Positions 51,646 to 64,000 of a DNA stretch of 64,000 nucleotides are shown here, one piece after another. The position numbers and the translations under genes were made by a program. Origin of the DNA: Octopus vulgaris (taxonomy: Eukaryota); NCBI GenBank assembly GCA_951406725.2, contig OX597816.1, positions 41,044,001-41,108,000 of the forward strand. The letters are read 5' to 3'. The notes beneath the pieces are model-generated. The model ran no database searches. It was not told the DNA's origin and saw only the letters and a program-made list of their open reading frames with translations. Numbering within the stretch: position 1 is the stretch's first letter; the number at the start of each line of letters is the position of its first letter.

Positions 51646-51774
51646 GCTGTGTATATACACACACATACACAAACACACACACACATATACATGTATACAT
51701 CTTAATATACATGCATATGTTAAGAGGTCTATATGTATATGTATACGTATATGCATATATATATATATGTATTC

Positions 51775-51809
<35 letters not shown>

Positions 51810-51842
51810 GCATAAATGCACACACACTAAAATACATACACT

Positions 51843-51897
<55 letters not shown>

Positions 51898-52761
51898 GTA
51901 TATACACATAAAAGCACATACACTAACATAGACACACACGTATATACAGGTGTATGCGTATGTATTAACGGATAAATTTGATACATGAAAGCCATATAGG
52001 ACAGATTCATTTTTGAATAAGTATTTTATGCCTCGGGATTTTCTGAAAACCTTATGCTATTAAATATGTAAAATTTTTCACTGCAGGCAAAGTTAGAAAC
52101 ACGAGAAATCAAACAAATTACTTTGTAATTCTATACATATATTATGCCTCCATAAAATGTTATGGAGTTGTATATTTCCCAAGATTCCTTCAAACACTTT
52201 ATCGAATCGATATATATCTAAATTTGACTACGATAGTAAATGACTACATAGATTCGTTCATAAGCATATGCACACATGTAAAAACTGCATGTACATCCGC
52301 TTAGACGTTAATATACATGTGTGTGAATGGGTTAGAGAATGCGTATTTATTGTCGACTGTAAACAACTTATGTATGTGAGTTTGTGTATTGTATGTGTGT
52401 TTGTTGTGCTTGTGTGTGTGTATATATGTGCGTGTGTTTTATAGTGTATAAATGTATATATGAAGCCAAATGCATTATCTATCTATCTAACTATCTATCT
52501 ATCTCTCTATATTCACTTACAAAGCATGTTTATATACGTGGGTGTGTGTGTGTGTGGAGAAAGTGAGAGAGAGAGAAATGTAAATATATGTTTGTATTCA
52601 TATGTATACAAGCTAGTGCATAACGCATGCGCAAAAAGAAAGCCCGTATATAAGTATACATATACATGAAGTCATACATACACCCCACCTCACGCATAAT
52701 ATATATGTATATATGTATGCTCGTGTGTGTGTATTTTTATATATATATATATGTATGTATG

Positions 52762-52805
<44 letters not shown>

Positions 52806-53408
52806 TGTGTGAAATTATCTAGCACCAACGAGAAAATTTTTGTAATGTTATATACGTATTAATTATTTGTATCACTGTAATTCAACATTCCATAATCTGG
52901 CAATCCATAACAATTTATATTCAATGTGAAACAGAATTCGTGCCGATTAACATTCATGATATTCCTAATAGTATTATTAGGGTAAAAGTAAAAACGTCAG
53001 TATCAACAGGGGAATGTAATAACATCTAGAATTCATTTCTTCAAGTTATTATCTGCTCATCTACCGCTAACTATTCCTTCGTGTGCAGTTGTTCATGTAG
53101 CATGGGATCGAATTGCAGAAAAGGGTGTTATTCTGGAGAGAAAGGTGTCAAGTAAATTCTGTGTTATATATTTTGCCAATTTTAGTCAGCTATTAGCAAG
53201 TCGATCCGAATCTATTCATTAGTAATTTCGTTAGACAAATCTGCACCCAGTTTTATGCTTCTGAATGTATGTGATTATATTTCAAAATATATGCCGGTTT
53301 ACTTCCGGTTTTTACTTTTTGTTTTGTTTATGGTCCAAGTATATTTGTCTTAATGATAGCATTTAACGAATAAGTGATCAATAACATGCTCATACACATA
53401 CACGGATA

Positions 53409-53450
<42 letters not shown>

Positions 53451-53651
53451 TAGGGAGTATAACTCCAAACTTAGAGGGAAAAATTCAGTTTAATATTAAA
53501 TCTAATTTCACAATATAAATGTATTATATAAATTAGAGAAAAACCCCTACTATGTAATTTAAACTATGATAGATATAAACCAAATCATAAACAAAAATAA
53601 AATATATTATAAAACGTATAACTAGATCACATATACATGTAATGTATATAC

Positions 53652-53692
<41 letters not shown>

Positions 53693-53695
53693 GTG

Positions 53696-53730
<35 letters not shown>

Positions 53731-54679
53731 ATACATACATGAGAGATTTATGCATATAAATACATTCATATATATAAAAGGAAAATGTATTGTAGATAAA
53801 GAAGTGATAGGTAAAAAAAAATTATAACGTATACAGAGTGTACAATCAGATGGGGGACAGGCACATAAGGTCCCTAATTCTTCATCAGTTATCAACCAGA
53901 TGGTAGTACTGAGTTTCGTACATTTGTGTAGAAACAAATACTGATTACTCCCAGAATAAACGCACAAATCCATCATCCATCTTTAAGAAACATCCGATAC
54001 AAATAATCAATATAATATCCCACTCGAGTGTATAGATTATAATATTCTAATTCCGCTTTACTGCGAAACCAGATCATATTGAGAAGTATACTGTAATCCA
54101 TCTAGCCTGATTAAATGATTGAAAATTAGTTCTATTGACTATAAATTACTTCTCAAAAACAGGCTCCGTGGCTATAAATAAAAACCAATAAAAGCCCCAA
54201 ATGTTAAAGTAAGTCAATATTTTCGCTTCATGGGATTATGATGTTGGAGACGCAGCAGAATACGTTTAATTACTTCGTTTCCTCTGAATGCTTTTCAGAT
54301 CAAATTCATTCCGAAATTACTGCGACGAATGCAATGATCCATCCATCCATCCATCCATCCATCCATCCATCCATCCATCCATCCATCCATCCATACATAC
54401 ATACATGCATGCATACATACATACATACATACATACATACATACATACATACATACATACATACATACATACATAAATACATACATACACACACATACAT
54501 GTATTTAGATATATCTAATATCTATTTTTCGTGAAATTTTCAAGTGAATGGAATTAACATTTCCTAAGTTATATGGAAATAAACAATCTTCCTAATTGCA
54601 GCGGCCAAAAGTTAAGGGTCACTTACAAAAAATGAACTAGCAACCGAGGTTTTTGTTGTTTAGAAGACTATTAATTGGC

Positions 54680-55050
54680 TAACTTCCAACATGGCGACTT
54701 GTGAGAGCCAACCGGTGTCCTGTGACGAAAAACACCCTTTTCTTCTATCTAATACTATCTGGTACTTTTCTCTTACAATCAACATCTGAAATTCTTGGTT
54801 GTGTCAAGGCAGTTTTAAGGCAGTTTTTTAACCTCATTTTGGGTTCGTATGCTGGCCTTTTCCTATCTTTTAGCTCACCATACAAATGTTGCTTAGGAAG
54901 TCTTTTATCGTTCATTCTCACTAAATGTCCTCACCACCTGAAACGACTTTGCAGAATGACCAATTCTACCCTCCTAGTACACTGTCTCTTAAGTACCTCT
55001 ACAGCACTGATTACCATTGTCCGGTCTATCTCAGGAATTTTCTGAAGACA
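54680..55050 (-). pseudogene. RTE-clade LINE 3' fragment
   Basis: ILQSRFRW*GHLVRMNDKRLPKQHLYGELKDRKRP on the minus strand. Confidence 0.75.
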
Positions 55051-55222
55051 ATGTTGATTGAATCATTCTATGGTATGTGCAAAATTCAAGTAGCCTCTGA
55101 CCATTGTCATTCATGTTGCCAATACCAAAACACATACACTTACATATATACATACATATATATATATACGATTGAGTTGTTTCAGTTCCTGTCTACGAAA
55201 TCCATATATATATGTATGTATA

Positions 55223-55262
<40 letters not shown>

Positions 55263-55327
55263 GATACATTTATAGATACAACTGAGTGGGCAAACAAAAA
55301 TATGAGACACTGCGTAGAGCGTTTTTA

Positions 55328-55600
55328 TATTTTGGTAAGCCTGGTACTTATTCTATCAGTTTCTTCTTGTGAAACCAGTAAGTTATGGGGATTTAAATAA
55401 ACGAACACCTGTTGTGAAGCGGTGATGAGGGAGAAACACAAAGACACACACATAGACTTACATATATACATACATATACATACAATTGATTTTTTGGTTG
55501 GTCTGAGGCTATAGCAGAAGGCACATGCCAAGTTACAACACAGTGGCCTGAACTGAGGACCATATGTTTTGGAACCAAGTTTGTTACCACACAGCCACAC
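55328..55600 (-). mobile_element. Diverged SINE copy
   Basis: Reverse complement of the 1211 SINE family. Confidence 0.7.
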
Positions 55601-55785
55601 TTGCTCTTATGTATATGTGTGTGTGTGAGTGTATGTGTGTATGGGTGTATATATGCATGCATGTATATATGTGTATATATGTGTCCACATTACATGTACA
55701 TATATATATTTACATCTAGACATAATGTATGCATATACAGCTATACATATACATGTATATACATATATCTATATATATATACATG

Positions 55786-55824
<39 letters not shown>

Positions 55825-55829
55825 CCATA

Positions 55830-56209
55830 TACCGAGAGATGTTTTTGTTTCACTTTTAACACGTAATACTGAAATAGTGGAGAAGATTGATATTGCTGTG
55901 GGCTCACCCTAGGCAAGAAGTTAAAGTTTTTTTCCTCATGACACTACATGGACCCTAGGTAAGGTATGTGTAAAATTTGAATGAAATTGGTTGTGTATTT
56001 CTCCAATTTTAGGGATTCATATTGGAGAAGATATGATATTGCTATGGTCTCGCCCTAGGCAAGAAGTTAAATCTTTTTCCATGACACTCCATGGACCCTA
56101 AGTAAGGCATGTGCAAAATTTGAATGAAATTGGTTGTGTAGTTCTCAAGTTTTAGGGATTCACACAGATAGACAGACGGACACATATTCTCAGTTTTATA
56201 TATATAGAT
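55830..56209 (+). mobile_element. Helentron/HINE-like element with internal about 138-bp tandem repeat
   Basis: CCCTAGGCAAGAAGTTAAA..AAATTTGAATGAAATTGGTTGTGTA twice; 3' CACAGATAGACAGACGGAC..CAGTTTTATATATATAGA. Confidence 0.6.
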
Positions 56210-56321
56210 AATTGGAAACTAAATCTGTGAGTGTTTTGAATAATAAGGCACTAAAAGAGAATGACTCTCCCCAGATACAACAAAATATCCTTCAACACAC
56301 GAACTCACATAAAGATATATA

Positions 56322-56839
56322 CCGTAAATCCTCGAATATAGTCCGGCTTTGAGTATAATACGCTGGGGATTTTTAGGGGGCTGTACCTCTGAAAAACCTA
56401 AACCTTGTGTATAATACGCACTCCTTCTCTGACTTGAGTGGTGCGTAATTGAGCCAGCAGCACCTAGTCGAAGAAACACTTCCGTGCATGCGTAATGCAA
56501 TAATGATGATGTTCTTAACTGTTATATGGGAATGTAAATATGTTTACAAATTGTTTTTGTTACATGTTATTCTGTGTTCTGAATACTTTTATTTTAATAT
56601 ATTTTGCTTGCTGCAAGTTATGGATAATTTCTTATGACTTCATTGCTTTCAGGCTTAGCTTAAGGTATTTTCTTGCTCGACATCACAAAATGCTTCTGAA
56701 TAAACATTGCCAGACAGCAAATATAGACTCAGGCATTACTAAGAAAAAACTTTTCATTTTTAACCTTGTATTTAGACGCACTATGGATTTTCACCTTTAA
56801 AATTTTGGGGAAAAATGCGGATTATACTCGAGGATTTAC

Positions 56840-56841
<2 letters not shown>
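56322..56841. mobile_element. pogo/Tc1-mariner-type MITE with TA target duplication
   Basis: TA|CCGTAAATCCTCGAATATAGTCCG ... CGGATTATACTCGAGGATTTACGG|TA. Confidence 0.85.
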
Positions 56842-56877
<36 letters not shown>

Positions 56878-56878
<1 letters not shown>

Positions 56879-57416
56879 GAGGGTGAGTCAAAAAGTAATG
56901 TCATTTTGTTTAAGACAGATATAATTACCAACAGACGAACATGTATTATACATCAAAATGGTCCTCTGTGGATCACATCCCTACTCCTCAACATAGTCAT
57001 CGTTTCACTCAATAGCAATGTTCGCCCTTCGAATGAGAGCATGTATCCCTGTCCAGTAAAATTCTGTTGACTGTTCTTTGCACTACTTCACTATTCACCA
57101 TATTTAGCGCCTTCAAATTATCATTTCTTCGGCGCCACAAAAGAGGGATTGAGAGGCAAATATTATTCCAGTGATAAGGAAGTGAAAACTGTATTCATGA
57201 AGTGGCTCGAAAAACAGTCAACAGAATTTTACGGGGCAGGGATACATGCTCTCATTCGGAGGTGGAACATTGCTATTGAGAGAAACGGGGACTATGTTGA
57301 TCAGTAGGGATATGATCTACAGAGGACCAGCTTCATTTTGATATATGATACATGTTCCTGTGTTGGTAATTATACCTGCTCTAAACAAAATGGCATTACT
57401 TTTTGACTCACCCTCG
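56878..57416. mobile_element. Mariner-derived palindromic MITE built from two right ends
   Basis: TIR CGAGGGTGAGTCAAAAAGTAATG; the right arm encodes a mariner C-terminus LRGKYYSSDKEVK..FYGAGIHALIRRWNIAIERNGDYV; the left arm is a diverged inverse. Confidence 0.88.
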
Positions 57417-59134
57417 TATATATGAATTTCTCTATGCATGTATATATGCATATATGTATCGATATCGGCCAATGAGAGCGTAGTAACATGTAGTGTATAC
57501 ATTTGCGTCATAGAGAATGTAGAATGTCATATATATTGGATTACCGCATTTGTTTAAACACGTGCTACATACTCAAATGTTAAAGGTACCATCAAATTCA
57601 TTCCGAAAATACTGCGATTTACACATACATACATACTATTAGCTTTTTGTTCTAGGCGAAGTAATAATATATAGAAATCATACACTGGATCGATTTAATC
57701 AACTGTTTTTCCTTTTATATAAATTAATATCAGTGGTGTCAATGTAAGAAATTAATATCAATTTAGACTTAGGGATAAGGCGGCGACCTGGCAGAATCGT
57801 TAAGCTTCGGGCAAATTGTTTAGCTGCATTCATTATGTTCTGAGGTCAAATTCCGCCGCGGTCGATTGTTGTCTTTCAACATTTCGGACTCAATAATATG
57901 AATACCTGTTGAATACCAAAATCGATGCAATCCAGTTACGCATCCTCCGCTATTGCTGGCCTTGTGCCATAATTTCAAATCAATTTTAAATTTATGACGA
58001 TATATATTCGAGTGTACAAATAAGATTCTGTTGAGTTCGAACTACGATATATTTTAATAAGAACTCAAAATTTCCATCAATTCTTTTAAAACATAGATGA
58101 AGAGTTAATATCTCTGCACACGACGTTTCAAAATTAGATTTCATTCATTGCCGGAATGTATTCTTTTTATGTAACATATATCTTTGAGGAAAAGTCATTA
58201 CAACAGATCCATAACCAGCTACAAGCGATAAAGTTATTTAGAATTTTATTCCATTCAATATCTACCTATGCAAAATTCCTTTTTCGCGACAAAACTTATA
58301 ATAAGTAATAGTAATGGTAGTAGTGATGATTGTAGTAGTAGTATCAGTATTACTATTTGTAGTCGTAGGTGTTGGAGTAAAGCAAATCTATGCGTTTGAA
58401 ATAATCGGAATAATCGGGAAATAGAATAAGTAACGAGAAACGAGTGATAATAATAGACGTGTCACATTATCAAGGAATGATAGCTTGTTATTGCTTCCAT
58501 CTCTTTTGTTTTTCCTCTGAATTTTTGTCTAAGTATTTTCTTTCTCTTATCTCCCGTTTGAATTGATATGTTCACAGTAATATTTATTTCCAGTTTCTTG
58601 TAGTGTCAAATTAATAGGATGTATAACGTCCAGTTATTGTCTCACGTTCTACAATTGAGATATGCAACTACATAACTAGAATCTTCACTAATATATATCT
58701 GACTATTACATCGATAAATTCCTTACTGGGCTGAATAAAGATTTTACATTAAATTTCAAATTATAGTTAACATACAGGAAAACATAATTTTGTGTTAGCT
58801 GAAGATGGAAAAATTTAAGAAAACATAAAGACGCGATGAAGAATGAAACATTTCATAAAAGTCTGAAAGCAGTTAATATTCCAGTATATTCCAGAGAAAC
58901 TTGAATTATATGTAAGAGGTTTTAATGGCCCTTCTTATAGATTATTAAAAAAAAAATTTAAATCGGAGTTATTTAAATAAACGTTATGGACAAATATAAA
59001 ATGAAATCTCAGTTTACTTTAAAGTTTCGACAAATAAAATAAATATCATGGAAAGTAAGGAGACTGAATGTGTACAAGTAGTCGTCACAAGCACAATAAC
59101 AAATATTGAGACGTACATGATTACACACATTTCT

Positions 59135-59176
<42 letters not shown>

Positions 59177-59178
<2 letters not shown>

Positions 59179-59556
59179 CGCAGGAGTAGCTGTGTGGTAA
59201 GTAGCTTGCTTAACAACCACATGGTTCCGGGTTCAGTCCCACTGCGTGGTATCTTGGGCAAGTGACTTCTGCTATAGCCCCGGGCCGACCAATGCCTTGT
59301 GAGTGGATTTGGTAGACGGAAACTGAAAGAAGCCCGTCGTATATATGTATATATATATATGTGTGTGTCTGTGTTTGTCCCAATAGCATTGTTTGACAAC
59401 CGATGCTGGTGTGTTTATGTCCCCGTTACTTAGCGGTTCGGCAGAAGAGACAGATAACAATAAGTACTGGGCTTACAAAAGAATAAGTCGCGGGGTCGAG
59501 TTGCTCGACTAAAAGGCGGTGCTCCAGCATGGCCGCAGTCAAAATGACTGAAACAA
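59177..59556 (+). mobile_element. Full-length tRNA-derived SINE
   Basis: Homologous to 1211-1613. Confidence 0.9.
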
Positions 59557-59865
59557 GGAAAAAAAGAAAAAAGAAAGAATATATATATGTGTGTGTGTGT
59601 ATTTATAGGCGTATACACGTCAGCTGAGACACATATACATGCGTAAGTACTCTTCGTTAATATATGTGTATATAATTTTGCACGTTGAGTGTAAGTTTGC
59701 ATTGGTATTGAATATCAATAAAAAATATTTTAAAAATATATTTCATGGTAAAATTTATATGAATTAATTGTCAAACCGATTTTTCGTAAACTGTCGTATA
59801 TACATAATGTAAGTGAAAATGTATGCACGTTATACGTCAGTATGTGACGTATGTCCATTTTTTCG

Positions 59866-61090
59866 TGTGCCTTGGGTATGTGCTGTGATTTGTTGTGATG
59901 CTCTGATGGTTATTGTATGGAAAGTGTTCTGCGTAGGATGTGTGCAGTGCCTAGTAGTGCAATTTTCTGTATGTTATATGTGTTTGTAAGTCCTGGTGTT
60001 TTTGTTATGTATTTGTCTGAATATTTTTTTATCATGCCTAATGCACCTACTATGATAGGAATTGTTTCTGTTTTCAGGTTCCACATTCTAGTTATCTCTA
60101 TTTCCAGGTCTTTGTATTTTGAGAGTTTCTCCATTTCTTTTAGAGACACGTTGTCATCTGCCGGTATTGATACATCAATTAGAAAGCATTTTTTTCTTCA
60201 TGATCTCTGACAACTATATCTGGTCTGTTGGCCTTAATTTCTCTATCTGTGTGTATCGGCATATCCCAGAGTATGGTTGCTTTCTCGTTTTCTTTGACCT
60301 TTTCTGGTGTGTTGCCTATACCATCTTTTTTCTGTTGTTATTCCATAATGTTGGCATAGCTTCCAATGTATGTAGGTTCCAACTCTGTCATGTCTGTGAA
60401 TATATTCCTTCTTAGCCAGGACTGGGCAGCTAGAGATAATATGATTTATTGTTTCTTGTCCATCTCCACATATTCTGCAGTTACTTGTAATATTTCTTTT
60501 CATTACATGTTTTTGGTAATTTCTGGTGGGGAGGCTTTGGTCTTGTGCTGCAATTAAAAATCCCTCTGTTTCTGCTTTGAGTCCTGAGCTTCTCAACCAT
60601 TGCTGGGATTTTTCTTTGTCTATTACTTTTGCGTTTAGTTTAGTACAGTATTTACCATGAAGGGGCTTTTCTTGCCATCGTTTTATCATGGCTCGTTGCT
60701 GTTCTATTTTTAGTTTGGATTTCATTTGTTTTATAGCTTTTATTGTTTCTTCATCTTCTTCTTCTTCTTTGTGTTTATTAGGTGGTATGATTTCTTGTTT
60801 GTATTTGTCAGCTTCCTTAAATACTGAGAACAGTTTTTTGTTTTGCTCGTGTTTTGCTGCTATCTGGATCAGTTTTCCTTCCTTCTGAAGTAGGTATTTT
60901 TGCATTCCTATGGTGGTTATTTTATAGTAGTTTTCCAGCTGTATAAGGCCTCTACCACCTTCTATACGTTGTATATATAGTCTTTCTATGTCAGATTTTG
61001 GGTGATGCATCCTAGATCCTGTCAGTATTTTTCTTGTTTTCCTATCTATTTTGGACAGTTCATTTCGTGTCCAGTTAAGGATATTGTAGC

Positions 61091-61091
<1 letters not shown>
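59866..61091 (-). mobile_element. R4/Dong-clade LINE 3' portion (thumb, CCHC finger, restriction-like endonuclease), frameshifted
   Basis: RLYIQRIEGGRGL, KPLHGKY, ETEGFLIAAQDQSL, CRICGDGQETINHIISSC, YIHRHD, EKLSKYKDL, PIIVGALG. Confidence 0.92.
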
Positions 61092-61169
<78 letters not shown>

Positions 61170-61403
61170 TAGTTTTATTTTTATATCGTGCTTTCACTTC
61201 ACTACCGAGCGCAGCTCTGTGTGCCTTGGGTATGTGCTGTGATTTGTTGTGATGCTCTGATGGTTATTGTATGGAAAGTGTTCTGCGTAGGATATGTGCA
61301 GTGCCTAGTAGTGCAATTTTCTGTATGTTATATGTGTTTGTAAGTCCTGGTGTTTTTGTTATGTATTTGTCTGAATATTTTTTATCATGCCTAATGCACC
61401 TAC

Positions 61404-61405
<2 letters not shown>
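61092..61405 (-). mobile_element. Second, very short 3' end of the same R4/Dong element with 3' UTR and (TAA)n tail
   Basis: 61220-61405 is near-identical to 59866-60050; embedded in (TAA)n on both sides. Confidence 0.9.
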
Positions 61406-61469
<64 letters not shown>

Positions 61470-61481
61470 TATTACTATTAC

Positions 61482-61550
<69 letters not shown>

Positions 61551-62349
61551 CATTATTATCATTACTATTATTATCATTATAAATTTTCCTATCAGCATTT
61601 AAAAGATAACAGGATGAGTTTGTTCTTTTGAAGGCCAAGATCAGCGCTCTCATTGATCGATTGTTGAAGTAAACACATTTGACATCTGCTGACCGCAATA
61701 TGTGACTTTTTTATTTCCTGATCGCACAGGAATGCGAAACCCACTTGTTGATTTCCTTCTCACCATCTTCCGAGCCAATTCACAGACTTGTTGATTTAAA
61801 TTTATTCACTAACCTGCTTGTCTTCTTCCTACTATGACCTCCAGCCCTCACATATTTATGATTATCTCAAGTACAAGACAAACGTCAAATGTAAACAACA
61901 TTTAATGATACCAGACAGTAGTTTGAGTAAATATGGCAGACATAACGGTTATTTTGTCACAACAACAATACAGAACAAGGCACTGTTGTTGGTAACTAAC
62001 GATGAACAATGCTGTTATGGCAAGGATAAAGTAACTATAACGGCAGAGCTGACAATATTGTAAGAGACAACAACCGTCTCTACATCTGCTACATATGGTT
62101 CAATATTAAAAATTTAATGTAGCACAAATATGTCTTACAAAACAAAAAGGAAAACTACAGCAATGCTCCAAATTGCTAGTTCTATGATTAATCTGAAATC
62201 GCGTTCCCCAGAAGAGAGTGGAAAAATCATCGATTGGCACAGAATCTTCTCTGAATTTGAACGTGGATGGTCAATTGAACAGGAACTGTCCCAACTCGAA
62301 CCTCCAAGTTTACCCCCATACCCACCACAGAGAGAAAATATAAGATCCA

Positions 62350-64000
62350 TCAAATGGACCCGAGAAAAGTGTACTGAAGTAATATACGCCTATTACTATG
62401 TATTAGGTAGGCCATCTGAAGTGAAACACGCCGCACACTTTTATTTTATCAAATATGGAGAACATGAAATCAAGGCAACAGACTTTTTGGACGAAAAGAA
62501 GTTAGCAAATATTAGGAGGGATATCTTCAGAAATAAAAGACTGACAAATAGTGAAATAACCACGATCAAGCACGCAGCGGAAAATGACCTAAATATAAGA
62601 CAGAAAGGAAATGGAGGATAAGACGAGGAGAACTACTCTCTACGAATCTCAGTTGAACGACTGCCGCCTGATCAGAACACGCAAGCGTCTCAAGAAATAA
62701 ATTATTATGAACTTGATAAAGATAACGAGCCATGTGTTGAAGAAACAATATTTGAAGACCACATATTCACTGAAGAACATACAAATTCTATGATAGCTAC
62801 CAAGCAGAAAATCCTGAATAAGTTTGCAGTTGTAAAACACGGGAATATGCATAATAGAGAACCACTTCATAAACTCTAAAATGGAAAATAATTTAAAATT
62901 GGAAATTATGTAACAAAAGATATCATACAAGAACTAAAACCAGATCTCACTGAGATAAACGAAATTATTTGCACAACTAGCGAGACAATTGAAACCAGCT
63001 GCATGCCTCTGGAAAAAGCAATACAAACCTGAGACGGATTTCAAATTGGAAAAATAAATTTTAAAGCAAAATTGAAATAATGAGAGGTGAAATATGAATA
63101 TTGAATGAACTATTCTGTGGAACCGATGTTAAAATCAAGAAAAGGAAGACAGATGACGAGAAAACATAAATTCTCACCATGGAAGAAGTTAAAATCTTTT
63201 GGAAAACTATTTGGAGTGCTGAAAAGACATACAAGGAAAATGCATACTGGATTAGACGCACACAAGCGTTCTACCAAATATTACTAGAACAAGCATGGAA
63301 AGACGATGATAATAGACCTAAAAATGATACTCACGAAACCACACATGGGAAAATCCCCTGGTAATGCTAGAGTGCCAAATTTCTGGCTCACATTGTTCCC
63401 GTGCGCACACGAAGGGATAGTTCAGTTATTCAAGGAATGAGATTCTACGAAAGCACCTGATTGGTTAGCAAGAATAATGGAACCAAATTGACCCAAAACT
63501 ATCTGTCCATGATCTGTTTATCTTCCACGCCTAACGTTTTGGCATCCATCTTCGTGGAGAAAACATAAGCGTTTATGGAACAGAACGATAGTTTCCCCAT
63601 TAATCAAAAAGGATGCCAATGAGGCTCATATGGTTGCAAAGATCGACTCTTAATCAATCGCATGATCCTTGATAACTGTCATAACAAACGCAGAAATCTC
63701 AGTTCCGCATGGATTGAAAAAGGCCTTTGACAGCATACCGCATTCTTGGATATTGAAATCGCTGGATATCTTCAAAATTTCTTCTGTGATCTCAAACTTC
63801 CTGAAACACAACATGTCAATGTGGAAAACGAATCTACAATAATACCACTCTAATGGTGTACTGACTAACTGCAGCATTTTGCAGGGTGACTCACTTTTAC
63901 CGCTATTTCTTTGCATACCCCTTTCAAGTGAACTTATCAGAACAGGGTATGGGTAAAGAATTGATGACAAGAAAATAAGTCATCTATTCTACATGGATGG
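62350..64000 (+). pseudogene. Degenerate R4/Dong-like LINE ORF (N-terminal region and RT), runs off the window
   Basis: KWTREK..YAYY, KSPGNARVPNFWL, QKGC..SYGCKDRLLINRMIL, KAFDSIPHSWI, LQGDSLLPL, ISHLFYMD. Confidence 0.85.

Noticed and set aside
53845-53895. Minus-strand CTGATGA followed by a GGGAC/GTCCC hairpin
   Set aside because: GAAA and cleavage-site elements are absent.

Overview
AT-rich, microsatellite-dense eukaryotic DNA. The repeat families look like those of an octopus/cephalopod genome (inference from recognition, not a search). I found no convincing host exon, and most short ORFs in the track are translations of (TA)n, (CA)n, (TCTA)n or (TAA)n repeats. The core (30.7-43.6 kb) is a cluster of Penelope-like retroelements (PLEs) inserted in (TA)n tracts. 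It holds (1) a Naiad-like PLE with direct pseudo-LTRs plus a 2.4-kb inverted partial copy, (2) a 1.6-kb near-perfect palindrome of a third pLTR-like sequence, and (3) a Neptune-like PLE with an uninterrupted RT + GIY-YIG frame and 472-bp inverted ends. The main hidden signal is an unusual density of type I hammerhead ribozyme (HHR) motifs, read by eye: about 17 motifs of about 9 sequence families on both strands. They sit in the PLE termini and in small non-coding, microsatellite-embedded elements. Nearly all have a self-complementary helix III, and many carry core variants (G3-C8 swap, U4C, U4A, C3U, one-nucleotide insertion after A9). One element is a 472-nt unit with a 61-nt terminal redundancy, like a retrozyme/circular-RNA copy. 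The rest comprises tRNA-derived SINEs, CR1, RTE, R4/Dong and Hero-like LINE fragments, mariner/pogo MITEs and Helentron-like non-autonomous elements. All alignments and folds were done by eye; coordinates may be off by a few bases.
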